From: a virus
Taxonomy: Duplodnaviria; Caudoviricetes
DNA length: 56,729 bases
Virus record (IMG/VR): IMGVR_UViG_3300031885_000016
Coordinates: 1 to 56,729 of that record
Direction: 5' to 3' (one strand)
Part shown: positions 8,487 through 17,350 of the stretch, piece by piece
How the letters are laid out: every line of letters starts with the position of its first letter
Position numbering within the stretch: the first letter of the stretch is position 1
Made by a program: the position numbers and the translations under genes
Notes under the pieces: generated by a model
What the model was told of the DNA's origin: nothing
The model's input: only the letters and a program-made list of their open reading frames with translations
The model's database searches: none

Positions 8487-8508
8487 TTTAGTTGTACATT
8501 GAGGGATT

Positions 8509-8700
8509 ATGAACAGTCGAACCGAAACTCGTCGTGGTTTCAATGGCGATCCTGATGATGTGGATTGGGTTGAGATTGCGGCAGAGCGTAATTTCTTGCA
8601 GATTGCCAAGTGTGCGGTTGTGGCATGGGTTGAAATGCAACTCGATAGCCTTATTGATTATCTTGACACTGAGGCACAAGCTAAGGAGCTTTTGGGATGA
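8509..8700 (+). CDS. Hypothetical protein
   Basis: GAGG RBS right after motif; ATGA overlap with next gene. Confidence 0.65.
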   Translation: MNSRTETRRGFNGDPDDVDWVEIAAERNFLQIAKCAVVAWVEMQLDSLIDYLDTEAQAKELLG

Positions 8701-8903
8701 AATACACTTTCCAAGTTGAAGTGACGTTCGATAACGAACAAGTGACCGATGGTCAGGCTCGTGAGATTGTGGATGGCATCATTGCCCGTGGCATGGAAGA
8801 TTTACGTTCTCAATTGGATGACGATGATCTGTGTCAAGAGGATTTTGATGACAATGATCCGTTTAAACTCTTTGAGCAGATTGAGGACATCAAGCTAGTT
8901 TAG
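8697..8903 (+). CDS. Small highly acidic protein
   Basis: LDDDDLCQEDFDDND; ends LV-stop in motif. Confidence 0.75.
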   Translation: MKYTFQVEVTFDNEQVTDGQAREIVDGIIARGMEDLRSQLDDDDLCQEDFDDNDPFKLFEQIEDIKLV

Positions 8904-8921
8904 TTGTACATTAGGAGAAAC

Positions 8922-9203
8922 ATGATGCGTGACCACGGACATGAAATGTTGGGCAGGACGATTGTGTTGGCTGCCCAATGTGCGGCTATTCCCTACGATA
9001 CTGGTAGGATTGCCAATGACCCAGAGTACATCAAACAGCTTGTTGAGGATATCATCGTTGGAGTGGGTCGCAATGAGCTTGAATGTTTGCAGGATATTAT
9101 TGGGGAGGCTCTTTGCACGATTGAAGATCCATCCACACGGGAAGAATTGGGATGGATACCCCAAACACTTTTGAATTACAAAGCTCCGAAAGAACAAAGT
9201 TAA
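8922..9203 (+). CDS. Hypothetical protein
   Basis: AGGAG RBS right after motif; stop TAA inside motif 9199. Confidence 0.75.
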   Translation: MMRDHGHEMLGRTIVLAAQCAAIPYDTGRIANDPEYIKQLVEDIIVGVGRNELECLQDIIGEALCTIEDPSTREELGWIPQTLLNYKAPKEQS

Positions 9204-9252
9204 TTTGTACACTACTGGAGTGTGATTAACAAAACATCAAAGGGAGACGATC

Positions 9253-9555
9253 ATGGAAAAGTTTGACGGTGGCACGATCATTGCGGGGCGACAGAACGTA
9301 GAAAATGTTCGGCTGTATGTGTGGCGTTCTGGTTTGAAGCTGGAAGTTGTGGGGCTGAAGAAACGTGGTCCATCCATGTTTGCCATCGTGAAAAAAGCTC
9401 TTGGCCTATCTGGCAACAAGATCAAAGTGTTGCAAGGGCTGAACAAAGAAATTGTCAAGATGGAACAAAGTGTGGGCCTTACGGGTATTGAGGAACGACA
9501 GGCACAAGAAGATGCCTGGATCAAAAAGCAGTTGGAAAAGAAAAACCGGGTTTAG
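9253..9555 (+). CDS. Basic hypothetical protein
   Basis: GGGAG RBS; 100 aa. Confidence 0.75.
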   Translation: MEKFDGGTIIAGRQNVENVRLYVWRSGLKLEVVGLKKRGPSMFAIVKKALGLSGNKIKVLQGLNKEIVKMEQSVGLTGIEERQAQEDAWIKKQLEKKNRV

Positions 9556-9556
9556 A

Positions 9557-9709
9557 ATGTGGCAATTTCACTATCTTCGCAAAGGCTCATGGTCAACCAT
9601 CCTGCCAGATTCAAAGTATCCTACACGATTGTATGATCTTTGTTTCTGGCATCATGGTTTGGCGAAGCTGGGTAGTCCAGAGCCTTGGTTTATTGAGTGG
9701 CTAGTTTAG
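9557..9709 (+). CDS. Small aromatic-rich protein
   Basis: Starts 1 nt after previous stop; ends LV-stop in motif. Confidence 0.55.
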   Translation: MWQFHYLRKGSWSTILPDSKYPTRLYDLCFWHHGLAKLGSPEPWFIEWLV

Positions 9710-9759
9710 TTGTACATTGGTGGGGCAATTGTTCTAGACAAATCATTTGGGGATTTGAC

Positions 9760-9924
9760 ATGATGACTGTACGTGAAGCTCGTCAGGATATTATTCGTGC
9801 CATTTATGGTGAGGGATATAGTTGGGCGGCTCGTACAGCTATTAAGTACAATCAGCAAGAGTTCTTTGCATGGGCTGTTATTGCAGTCGGGCAATGGTAC
9901 GATGGTTGGGATAGAACCTTGTAG
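9760..9924 (+). CDS. Small hypothetical protein
   Basis: ORF after motif 9704. Confidence 0.55.
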   Translation: MMTVREARQDIIRAIYGEGYSWAARTAIKYNQQEFFAWAVIAVGQWYDGWDRTL

Positions 9925-9956
9925 GGTTGTTACCTACATTCAAACGGGAGATTGAC

Positions 9957-10382
9957 ATGGGCTGGTATTACACCGAGACGACTAAGAAGCAGTTGATTGA
10001 GAGTCGAATCAAACCTTGGGAAAACATTCGGGGCGATTTGAAGGTCAATTCCCAATGCATCGCTCATTGCTATCGTGGCAATCGGTTCTCCGGTGTGTTG
10101 TATATGGTTCTTGAACATACTCGCACCAACATTGTCACTGGCGAGGTCAAGATGACTGATCGGTGGATCGAAGTTGACTTGCTTCGGTATCATTCGGGCA
10201 TGTGGGGTTATAAGGATATGGAAGAATCCATGCATCCTTATTACTACTCTTGTCCTCTGAGCTATCTGGCAATGGTGCCTAATGTTACGAGTGAGGAGTG
10301 GCGTGCTGGTGTGCAAAAATACCATGCACGGAGCTTGGAGAAGCGTCGGATTAATCGTCAATTTAAGTTGGCACTTGCTTAA
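9957..10382 (+). CDS. DUF6927-like protein ending in -LALA
   Basis: WGYKDMEESMHPYYYSCPLSYL...WR motif as recalled for DUF6927; GGGAG RBS. Confidence 0.65.
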   Translation: MGWYYTETTKKQLIESRIKPWENIRGDLKVNSQCIAHCYRGNRFSGVLYMVLEHTRTNIVTGEVKMTDRWIEVDLLRYHSGMWGYKDMEESMHPYYYSCPLSYLAMVPNVTSEEWRAGVQKYHARSLEKRRINRQFKLALA

Positions 10383-10418
10383 GTTAAGTTGTACACTTGA
10401 CAGTTAGCAAGTTGTGAA

Positions 10419-10709
10419 TTGGTTGGCAGACGTGATGCGTTTCACGTTCCAGCTATTTTGGTTAGGAGTAATGATTTTGTTACTCCAGGTGAGGGGTTAC
10501 GGTTCGTTGATGATGCTCTCACTGAGGTGGTTACGGCGGGTTATGGGACTCGCCAAGCCGTTGCTGATCCATTTGTCAGCGAGATCAATCAAGATTCGTT
10601 TTGGGCGTTGTTGATGCCTGATACGGTTCAAAACCTGACTCACAATTTCGAGGTAAATATCGAGATTGACCCGTATCTGGGTGGCGATGGTGAATGTCGG
10701 ACTTGCTAG
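10419..10709 (+). CDS. Hypothetical protein (start uncertain)
   Basis: Fills the cassette; stop overlaps motif 10709; no clear RBS. Confidence 0.55.
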   Translation: MVGRRDAFHVPAILVRSNDFVTPGEGLRFVDDALTEVVTAGYGTRQAVADPFVSEINQDSFWALLMPDTVQNLTHNFEVNIEIDPYLGGDGECRTC

Positions 10710-10762
10710 TTTAGTTGTACATTGCAAGTTTGTGACAATGAATTAACTTAAAGGAGATAACC

Positions 10763-10858
10763 TTGATCCTGTGGTTGCCAAAACCGATCAAGGTCAGACT
10801 GAGCAAAAACCTGATTGTTTTTAATTATCTAAATAGAAACAAAGGGCCGCCCATCTGA
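10763..10858 (+). CDS. Putative 31-aa peptide MILWLPKPIKVRLSKNLIVFNYLNRNKGPPI
   Basis: AAGGAG 6 nt before a TTG start; only ORF seen in a cassette closed by a terminator. Confidence 0.45.
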   Translation: MILWLPKPIKVRLSKNLIVFNYLNRNKGPPI

Positions 10859-10897
10859 CCACTAACTAGAAAAGATTAAAATTTTTATATACTAATT

Positions 10898-10931
10898 AGA
10901 CTCAAGTGGGACGCCACTTGAGTCTTTTTTT
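10898..10931 (+). terminator. Intrinsic terminator
   Basis: AGACTCAAGTGG-GACG-CCACTTGAGTCT plus T-tract. Confidence 0.85.
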
Positions 10932-10997
10932 ATAGTCACACATGTGAAGTTAATTTGTACACTGGAGGAATGTAAAATAAAACTAAAGGAGAGACGA

Positions 10998-11129
10998 ATG
11001 AGGTTTATCTTTCATTATTACGATGCGGGCTGGAGTGTGGCCTGTCAAGCATGGAAGGTTTCTCTTGAGGATTTGTTGAACAATGCCAGAAAGCATAATC
11101 ATCCGCATTATGTTGAGTGGCTAAGTTAA
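10998..11129 (+). CDS. Small hypothetical protein
   Basis: AAGGAG RBS; stop inside motif 11125. Confidence 0.65.
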   Translation: MRFIFHYYDAGWSVACQAWKVSLEDLLNNARKHNHPHYVEWLS

Positions 11130-11194
11130 GTTGTACATTGTGTTGTTGTTCTGGTGAGAGCCAGTTTCTAGTTTCTTTGTTTTTGGGAGATGTT

Positions 11195-11722
11195 ATGGAA
11201 ACGATTGGAAATGTTGGGAGCGATCCGATTCTGAGTGCTGGTGCTGCGATCATCGATGCCACGCCTGAGATTGTGGTCGTGACCGAAGTGACCCCTGAAG
11301 TGACCGCTGTGGTTGCTCCGAAGGTTAAGAAGGCCAGCAAAAAGAAGGCCAAGATCGTGGTTGTGGTCAAGAAAAAGACCGCCAAGACCAAGGCTAAGAA
11401 GGCCACCAAGAAAGCTGCGAAGGGTAAGACGTTGGGTCGCCCCCGTGCTTACACGGATGCCGATCTGAAGAAGGTTGGCAAGCTGGTCGCCAAGTTGGCG
11501 AAGGATGGTAAGGGAGATGCTCTGGGTCGTGCCAAGGATATTCTTCATGCCAAGAGTGGCAAGCTGGCCGCTCAGCGGGTTGAAGCTGGTTTCGACAAGC
11601 CGCTCGGAATCAAGTATAAGAGCGGTCGTGTCAGCCTTATCTCGATGCCGAACATCTGGAAGGCGAATTCCTTGTATGGTGCGGAGTTGCCGCTGGGTCG
11701 TCCGTCGAAGAAGGCCGCATAG
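11195..11722 (+). CDS. Lys/Ala-rich histone H1-like protein with two GRP (AT-hook-like) motifs, ends -KKAA
   Basis: KKTAKTKAKKATKKAAKGK; LGRPRA and LGRPSKK. Confidence 0.75.
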   Translation: METIGNVGSDPILSAGAAIIDATPEIVVVTEVTPEVTAVVAPKVKKASKKKAKIVVVVKKKTAKTKAKKATKKAAKGKTLGRPRAYTDADLKKVGKLVAKLAKDGKGDALGRAKDILHAKSGKLAAQRVEAGFDKPLGIKYKSGRVSLISMPNIWKANSLYGAELPLGRPSKKAA

Positions 11723-11744
11723 TTCCCACTTGTGGGCTTGTTAG

Positions 11745-11785
11745 GATACCTCCCACCCGCCTATGGGTGGGAGGTATCTCTTTTT
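11745..11785 (+). terminator. Intrinsic terminator
   Basis: GATACCTCCCACCC/GGGTGGGAGGTATC plus T-tract before motif 11787. Confidence 0.85.
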
Positions 11786-11810
11786 AGTTTAGTTGTACAT
11801 TGGAGAAGTC

Positions 11811-12170
11811 ATGGCAAAAGCATTAGTCGAACTCGCCTTGAAAGCTGTACAAAACATCAAGAATGATGAATGGGTTAGCCTCAGAATTCGATTGGATCGA
11901 ATGGGCATCATTCTGGAGAATGTCCAGAACACGATGGAAGATTTGCGGGCTGAAATTCAACAGACGGAAGAATTAGACCGCCATTTGTATTGCTGTGTCA
12001 ATTTGGAGGGAGTTGTAATCCCTCATACCGATCAAGAGTGGTTGAGTCAATCGGAAGCCAATACCCGCAATCTTGAATTGCATAAAATGGGTGTGGGCAT
12101 GGTTTATGTCGAAGTTTGGCGTATTGAGAATCGTAAGGTAGTTCACCCACCGGAGAGGCAAAGTGAATAG
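11811..12170 (+). CDS. Hypothetical coiled-coil protein
   Basis: GGAG RBS directly after motif. Confidence 0.7.
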   Translation: MAKALVELALKAVQNIKNDEWVSLRIRLDRMGIILENVQNTMEDLRAEIQQTEELDRHLYCCVNLEGVVIPHTDQEWLSQSEANTRNLELHKMGVGMVYVEVWRIENRKVVHPPERQSE

Positions 12171-12351
12171 AAAACAAGTCAAAGCTCTGCACAATGGTGA
12201 TGAGGTATTCTGGAATGATCCCGCTGAGGGAACTTGCAGTAAATACATAACCATTCAATCTATTTGGGTTGGCGATGGTAGTGATCCGATTGTCAAAATC
12301 ACTGGCAAAGACGGCAGTGATCTGGAGTGTTGGGCTCATGAGCTAAGTTAA
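12163..12351 (+). CDS. Small SH3-like hypothetical protein
   Basis: LHNGDEVFWNDP...ECWAHELS; stop inside motif. Confidence 0.65.
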   Translation: MNRKQVKALHNGDEVFWNDPAEGTCSKYITIQSIWVGDGSDPIVKITGKDGSDLECWAHELS

Positions 12352-12390
12352 TTTGTACATTGCTGAGCTAAGTTAATTTGTACATTGCTG
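12339..12390 (+). repeat. Perfect 25-bp tandem duplication containing the motif
   Basis: TGAGCTAAGTTAATTTGTACATTGC x2. Confidence 0.95.
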
Positions 12391-12421
12391 GGATGTATCA
12401 CAATTCAAACTGGAGTAAACC

Positions 12422-12583
12422 ATGAGCAGAATACTTACTGTGCCACAAAGGCATCAGCTTGCCATTGCTCGCAAGACTCTGACTTATTCTGATGTGGGGG
12501 CCAAGATTATGGGTGGGCCAACCAAAGAAGAAGCAAGGGCCATCATCCTCAAACTGACTGGCGAAGTCGTCAAAGAAGTTTAG
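12422..12583 (+). CDS. Small hypothetical protein (53 aa)
   Basis: GGAG RBS; MSRILTVPQ...GGPTKEEARAII...KEV-stop in motif. Confidence 0.7.
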   Translation: MSRILTVPQRHQLAIARKTLTYSDVGAKIMGGPTKEEARAIILKLTGEVVKEV

Positions 12584-12641
12584 TTGTACATTGCTGGGAT
12601 ATATCCAACAATTCAAACCGGAGCAGTACATTGGAGCAAAT

Positions 12642-13055
12642 ATGGAACAAATCATTGTCGTCGTAATCATGAACAACGTGGTAAATGATTGCAAGTTGTT
12701 TGATGATGTGAAGCTGGCTGAGCAGGAGTTCATTGAAGCGGTTAAGCTGCGATTGTGGCGTGGCGATAATGTTAATGATATGGAATCATACCTTGAAGAT
12801 GGGTATTATCCATTCGAGGATGGATCGGTGTGTATTACGCACCCCCAACCTTGCAGCAAACGGCTAGTGCAATGCTCGTGGGAAACGTATTGTACGAAGG
12901 ATCGTGTTGTCCCTGTTGCCGATTACGATGAACGGGTGAAAGTTACATTGACAGCCAATACTACCGAACATTATTTAGACGGTGTTCTGGTGGCAAGAGC
13001 CAGTTATTACAATGGGGCTGAGCCCATCTATGAATTGGCTCAGTACCTAGTTTAG
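12642..13055 (+). CDS. Hypothetical protein
   Basis: GGAG RBS preceded by partial motif GTACATT; ends LV-stop in motif. Confidence 0.7.
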   Translation: MEQIIVVVIMNNVVNDCKLFDDVKLAEQEFIEAVKLRLWRGDNVNDMESYLEDGYYPFEDGSVCITHPQPCSKRLVQCSWETYCTKDRVVPVADYDERVKVTLTANTTEHYLDGVLVARASYYNGAEPIYELAQYLV

Positions 13056-13103
13056 TTGTACATTAGTGGGCTGTAACGGACAAACAACCTCCAAGGTGCA
13101 AAG

Positions 13104-13655
13104 ATGAAAACGATCACTGTCGAAGAATTGGCAAAGAAGCTGTACGATGAGAAGGGCACGACGTTTGCGACGATTCTGGCCTTCACCAAGCCCAACTTTG
13201 TTGGTGGGCAAAAATGCCCGATGATTCAACGGGGCGTCAAAAAGCTGGCTGTCGTCAACGTAATGATCGGAAACTGGTCATACGAAAACGCTGTCAACAA
13301 TCAACGGGAACGTGAACACGCCGATGAAAATGAAACGGTCGAACACTTCACCGCTCAAAGCCGCTCTTGGGGCGAACAACTCGCAACCGAAGTCGGCAAA
13401 CGGATCGGCCTGATTCAACATACGAAAGACGGCGAAGTTAAAACCTACCTGAAAACCAAAATTCAGAAGTCGCTTCGCCACTCTTACTATGACAACAACG
13501 GCCAGCACGTCAACCGTGAGGAAGCCGAACAACACATTCGACGAAACAAGCCATCGGTTCGCCAAGGTGTTGAGAAAGAGGTTTTTGAACGGGATTACGA
13601 ATTGAAAAACATTCGTGCTATCAGAATGCACGGCGAAGTTTACGTCATCGCCTAA
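13104..13655 (+). CDS. Hypothetical protein
   Basis: 183-aa ORF, AAGG RBS, followed by terminator hairpin at about 13659-13688. Confidence 0.85.
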   Translation: MKTITVEELAKKLYDEKGTTFATILAFTKPNFVGGQKCPMIQRGVKKLAVVNVMIGNWSYENAVNNQREREHADENETVEHFTAQSRSWGEQLATEVGKRIGLIQHTKDGEVKTYLKTKIQKSLRHSYYDNNGQHVNREEAEQHIRRNKPSVRQGVEKEVFERDYELKNIRAIRMHGEVYVIA

Positions 13656-13753
13656 GATTCTCCCCCCGAAAGGGGGGAGCTTTCTTTTCATAATCTTGCA
13701 AAGTTAATTTGTACATTAGTGGGTTGTAACATCAACAACCAAGGGGAAAAATC

Positions 13754-14005
13754 ATGAGTGTTGAATTTGAGCCGTCTGCATTGAAGTTGCAACTCCAAGC
13801 CGCTCTAGGATTGAGCGATGATGATTTTGGTTATCATGCGACGGATTTATACGTGCTGGACAAGCCCGGCGTAATGGACTGGTTGAAAAAGAACTACGGT
13901 AGTTTCCGCAGCATCAAGCGGTTCATCGGCAATGCTGGACACCCGACTTTTGGGGGCAAACCTGCCCTGGATATTCCCTTCGCTGGAATTTGGAAGAAGG
14001 TTTAG
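13754..14005 (+). CDS. Hypothetical protein
   Basis: YHATDLYV...LDIPFA; ends KV-stop in motif. Confidence 0.75.
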   Translation: MSVEFEPSALKLQLQAALGLSDDDFGYHATDLYVLDKPGVMDWLKKNYGSFRSIKRFIGNAGHPTFGGKPALDIPFAGIWKKV

Positions 14006-14047
14006 TTGTACATTGTTGTGACGTAAACCAAAAATTCCAAGGAGAGA

Positions 14048-14254
14048 ATGATGAAAGTTTTTGTTGTGTGCCAAGGTGAGAGCGGAGAGGGAGCGGGGCC
14101 TATTGCGGTGTTCAGCACAAAACGCAAGGCAAAGGCATTCATCAAACGAGATCATCCTGAATTTAAAGATCCTGTTGAAGGATTGGACAATACATGGACC
14201 AGCGATAAATTCGGCGTAGACCTCATCAGCATTCAAGAGTTCGAAGTAGTTTAG
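14048..14254 (+). CDS. Small hypothetical phage protein
   Basis: MKVFVV...IAVFSTKRKAKAF pattern common in small phage proteins; AAGGAG RBS. Confidence 0.75.
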   Translation: MMKVFVVCQGESGEGAGPIAVFSTKRKAKAFIKRDHPEFKDPVEGLDNTWTSDKFGVDLISIQEFEVV

Positions 14255-14274
14255 TTGTACATAGGGGACAACAG

Positions 14275-14397
14275 ATGGTAATGATTTTTGTTTGTGTGGC
14301 TCTTGCTTATGCTGGAGCCCCTAATTGGGTGTGGTGGTTGGCAGTTGGCTATACGGTACTTTGCTTTCTGGCTCAATCGCAAGAAAGTGGAGTTTAG
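14275..14397 (+). CDS. 40-aa membrane peptide
   Basis: MVMIFVCVALAYAGAPNWVWWLAVGYTVLCFLAQSQESGV; fills the cassette, stop inside motif. Confidence 0.6.
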   Translation: MVMIFVCVALAYAGAPNWVWWLAVGYTVLCFLAQSQESGV

Positions 14398-14417
14398 TTG
14401 TACATTTAGGAGACATC

Positions 14418-14543
14418 ATGGGTCGCAGTGGTCAGAAGTTTCGTGATAAATTCAAACAAGCTCGTGAACAACGGGAACGTGCCCGGCAAGGCAAGCGTCG
14501 TTTCCTTAATGATGCCCCCAAGGACATCAAGAAAGCATCGTAA
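14418..14543 (+). CDS. Small basic protein
   Basis: AGGAG RBS right after motif; R/K-rich. Confidence 0.65.
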   Translation: MGRSGQKFRDKFKQAREQRERARQGKRRFLNDAPKDIKKAS

Positions 14544-14612
14544 AGAAAAAATAGGTGCAAGTTTAGTTGTACATTACCTCAGTGTAACCAACAACAACTC
14601 AGAGGAAACGTG

Positions 14613-14945
14613 ATGAAAGCCTACATCTATCAAGCTGACATCTACTGCGAAGATTGTATGAAGGATATGCCGCACCCCGAAGATCAATCGTCCTACGATA
14701 GCGACGAATATCCTAAAGGGCCGTTTGCTGATGGTGGGGGAAGTGCCGATAGCCCACAACATTGCGGCAATCATGGGGATTGTGTCAACGCAATTACTCT
14801 TAGCGACGGCACTAAGATTGGCGTATGGCTGGAGAATCCCTTGACCAATGAAGGGGTCGAATACGTCCGAGATCATATCGCAGAAGAACCAGACAACGAA
14901 GTTGTGAAATTGTGGGCTGAGTGGTACGCCGATGACCTAGTTTAG
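14613..14945 (+). CDS. Acidic Cys-containing hypothetical protein
   Basis: YQADIYCEDC...DSPQHC...LENPLT; GAGG RBS; LV-stop in motif. Confidence 0.8.
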   Translation: MKAYIYQADIYCEDCMKDMPHPEDQSSYDSDEYPKGPFADGGGSADSPQHCGNHGDCVNAITLSDGTKIGVWLENPLTNEGVEYVRDHIAEEPDNEVVKLWAEWYADDLV

Positions 14946-14963
14946 TTGTACATTAGAGGCTAT

Positions 14964-15128
14964 ATGACTCACACAGCAATCATCAACTGTTCTGGTCGGG
15001 AGATTAAGGTGACTCGCATTGGCAAGTTGCTAATCATTCACTCGCACCGAACCAGCACAATTGGCGAACGAATTTCAACGTGTCGTTACGATCATCGCTT
15101 CACCCTGTTGCCAAGAGAGCATCAATGA
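14964..15128 (+). CDS. Small hypothetical protein
   Basis: GAGG RBS after motif; ATGA overlap with next gene. Confidence 0.55.
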   Translation: MTHTAIINCSGREIKVTRIGKLLIIHSHRTSTIGERISTCRYDHRFTLLPREHQ

Positions 15129-15310
15129 AAATCATTCGATATGCAATTGTGAGAATTGAGATTGAAGCTGTGGACGTGGGGACTGACCCTGACGAAGCGG
15201 CACAACGGGTTATCGACAATTGCGAATATGCTTTCGTCTATGACGATGGATTAGTCAAAGTTGTGGACACTGAGATTTTGGATTGCAGTGAGGATCACCC
15301 GCTAGTTTAG
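15125..15310 (+). CDS. Small acidic protein
   Basis: Ends LV-stop in motif. Confidence 0.65.
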   Translation: MKIIRYAIVRIEIEAVDVGTDPDEAAQRVIDNCEYAFVYDDGLVKVVDTEILDCSEDHPLV

Positions 15311-15360
15311 TTGTACATTACTAGGCTGTAACAGCAACAACACCACAAGAGAGAAAAGTC

Positions 15361-15699
15361 ATGGACAAAGGCAACAATCGTCGCTACGAAAAAGGCCGCA
15401 GCAGCAAGGGATTTCTGCGGGGAGAACGAATTGAGAAGCTGGAGCAATTGAAGCCCGGCGACATTCTGTTTAACGTCTGCCACAAGCAATCGACCGAGTC
15501 GCTGGTGGAAGTCATCAACGTTCGGGCCACCATGTTCGATTTCATCTTCGTGACCGCCCACGAAACGAAAAAGAAGGGTTTGCACCTCAAAGTTAAGAAG
15601 GGTGACGAACAACTCAAGGCCAAGAGCCTTACCGATCTGCCCTTTAACGAGTGTTATCGGGCTATCACGACAAAAATGGGAATGAAACAAGCGGCCTAA
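15361..15699 (+). CDS. Basic hypothetical protein ending -QAA
   Basis: 112-aa ORF followed by hairpin and T-tract at about 15707-15745. Confidence 0.75.
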   Translation: MDKGNNRRYEKGRSSKGFLRGERIEKLEQLKPGDILFNVCHKQSTESLVEVINVRATMFDFIFVTAHETKKKGLHLKVKKGDEQLKAKSLTDLPFNECYRAITTKMGMKQAA

Positions 15700-15809
15700 C
15701 AAGTTAAAGAGGGAGGGTGCCCCGAAAGCCCCTCTTCTCTTTTTAAATTCATACAAAGTTAATTTGTACATTAGGTGGGTGTAACCGCCAATCATCTCAA
15801 AGGTGCAAA

Positions 15810-16013
15810 ATGATTATCCGAATCAGTGAGGAAGAGTATGCGGAACTGTCTGAGGAAAATGGTGGCTATTGCCTCGCTTGTGGCGAAGTCGCTTATGGGG
15901 TCGAACCAGACGCAAGGAAGTACACTTGTGAGTCATGTGATTCACCCAGCGTTTACGGCATCGAAGAATTGCTAATCATGGGCAAAATCGAGTTCGGAGA
16001 ATCCGACGACTAG
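15810..16013 (+). CDS. Zn-ribbon protein
   Basis: CLACGE...EPDARKYTCESC; stop overlaps motif. Confidence 0.8.
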   Translation: MIIRISEEEYAELSEENGGYCLACGEVAYGVEPDARKYTCESCDSPSVYGIEELLIMGKIEFGESDD

Positions 16014-16070
16014 TTTAGTTGTACATTTGTGGCATGTGTTGATAACAAACCTCAAGCGGAGTAAAGTGAC

Positions 16071-16409
16071 ATGGCTAAGGACAAGATTGCTCACGTTCGT
16101 TCGGCTAAGGCCAAGACCCCCAAGCAACTCGCCAAGAAGGCCCTGAATGAAGCTCGTGCCGCCGAACGGTTCAAGCGTCATCAAGAGCTTGACAAGCAAC
16201 GGCTCGCTCAGAAGCAAGAGCGTGCCCAACAAGCGGCTCAGGCGAATCGTGATCGGTTCATCATTCAATCGGCCTTGAACGGCCCCCATGCTGTCATCCT
16301 CCTCCGATGGCTCAAGGGACGGGAAGCCACCATCGACCGAGTTCAACGATTCTGCGATGATCGCCCCAAGTTCGTGCGGCCAAACGTCGCAGCCATCATC
16401 GCAGCCTAA
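16071..16409 (+). CDS. Basic helical protein ending -IIAA
   Basis: GGAG RBS; followed by terminator. Confidence 0.75.
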   Translation: MAKDKIAHVRSAKAKTPKQLAKKALNEARAAERFKRHQELDKQRLAQKQERAQQAAQANRDRFIIQSALNGPHAVILLRWLKGREATIDRVQRFCDDRPKFVRPNVAAIIAA

Positions 16410-16412
16410 TGA

Positions 16413-16437
16413 AAAGGCCCCTTCGGGGGCCTTTTCT
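16413..16437 (+). terminator. Intrinsic terminator
   Basis: AAAAGGCCCC-TTCG-GGGGCCTTTT. Confidence 0.85.
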
Positions 16438-16507
16438 ATTTAAAATAATACAAAGTTAATTTGTACATTAGGTGAGTGTAACCACAACACACAAGAGGAC
16501 AAGAGCC

Positions 16508-16687
16508 ATGCTAATTGATTGTGATCGTGAGACTTACGGCAAGTTCATCCGTAGCTTGCAGAATGCTACCGATAAGCCGACAAGCTGCACAACCTTCAGC
16601 GTCATGCAAACCAGTGTCAATGGCAAACTAGTGGCTCAGGCAATCTACAACCATGCTATGCCACCTCGATACCAAATCGAAGCCTAG
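16508..16687 (+). CDS. Small hypothetical protein
   Basis: GAGG RBS; stop overlaps motif. Confidence 0.65.
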   Translation: MLIDCDRETYGKFIRSLQNATDKPTSCTTFSVMQTSVNGKLVAQAIYNHAMPPRYQIEA

Positions 16688-16738
16688 TTTAGTTGTACAT
16701 TAGTGGGATGTAACAACCAAACCCCAAGAGACAAGACA

Positions 16739-17023
16739 ATGATTAAGTCTAAGCACCCCGTTCGTGACAAAGTTGCCAGCCTCAGCACTACCAATAACTA
16801 TTACAACTTCAAGGGCGACTTCATCCGTGCCATTGATGACGTGCTGGAGGAATTCGGCTGGACAACGGGCGATTGCGATCTCTATGGGGACAATGGACGC
16901 CAAACTGTCAACGTCGTCCTTAAGGACGAACGGGGCAACCTAGTCGAAGAAGTCGGCCAAGTTATCCTCAGTTGGTATCGGATGCCAAGTGGCCGATACG
17001 AAATGACCTGCTATCTCTCCTAA
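16739..17023 (+). CDS. Hypothetical protein
   Basis: C-terminal WYRMPSGRYEMTCYLS; hairpin GGGGC-GAAA-GCCCC follows. Confidence 0.75.
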   Translation: MIKSKHPVRDKVASLSTTNNYYNFKGDFIRAIDDVLEEFGWTTGDCDLYGDNGRQTVNVVLKDERGNLVEEVGQVILSWYRMPSGRYEMTCYLS

Positions 17024-17108
17024 TGGGGGGGCGAAAGCCCCTTTATAAATGTGCAAAGTTAATTTGTACATTAGGTGAATGTAACCAACTCCAACCCCCG
17101 AGACAACA

Positions 17109-17303
17109 ATGAACAGATTTCTCAAAAATTATCAGGTTAGACCGGGTCGCACTGTGCAAGTGGATCATATGGTCCAAACATTCACTATTGAGATTCGGTC
17201 GCTCAGCGGTGCCGATCAAGCCACCATCAAACGGCTCCTGCAAGCCAAATACGAAGTGCTTGATGTGCAACCAGCCGGATACCGAGTGATCGCCGAAGTT
17301 TAG
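17109..17303 (+). CDS. Small hypothetical protein
   Basis: Ends EV-stop in motif. Confidence 0.7.
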   Translation: MNRFLKNYQVRPGRTVQVDHMVQTFTIEIRSLSGADQATIKRLLQAKYEVLDVQPAGYRVIAEV

Positions 17304-17350
17304 TTGTACATTAGGTGAATGTAACCACCAATTCAAACGGAGAGAAAGCC

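Noticed and set aside
10793-10860. ZTP (pfl) riboswitch resemblance (GACTG...GCCGCCC)
   Set aside because: It lacks the full consensus and has no downstream purine/folate gene; the region is better explained by a short ORF plus terminator.
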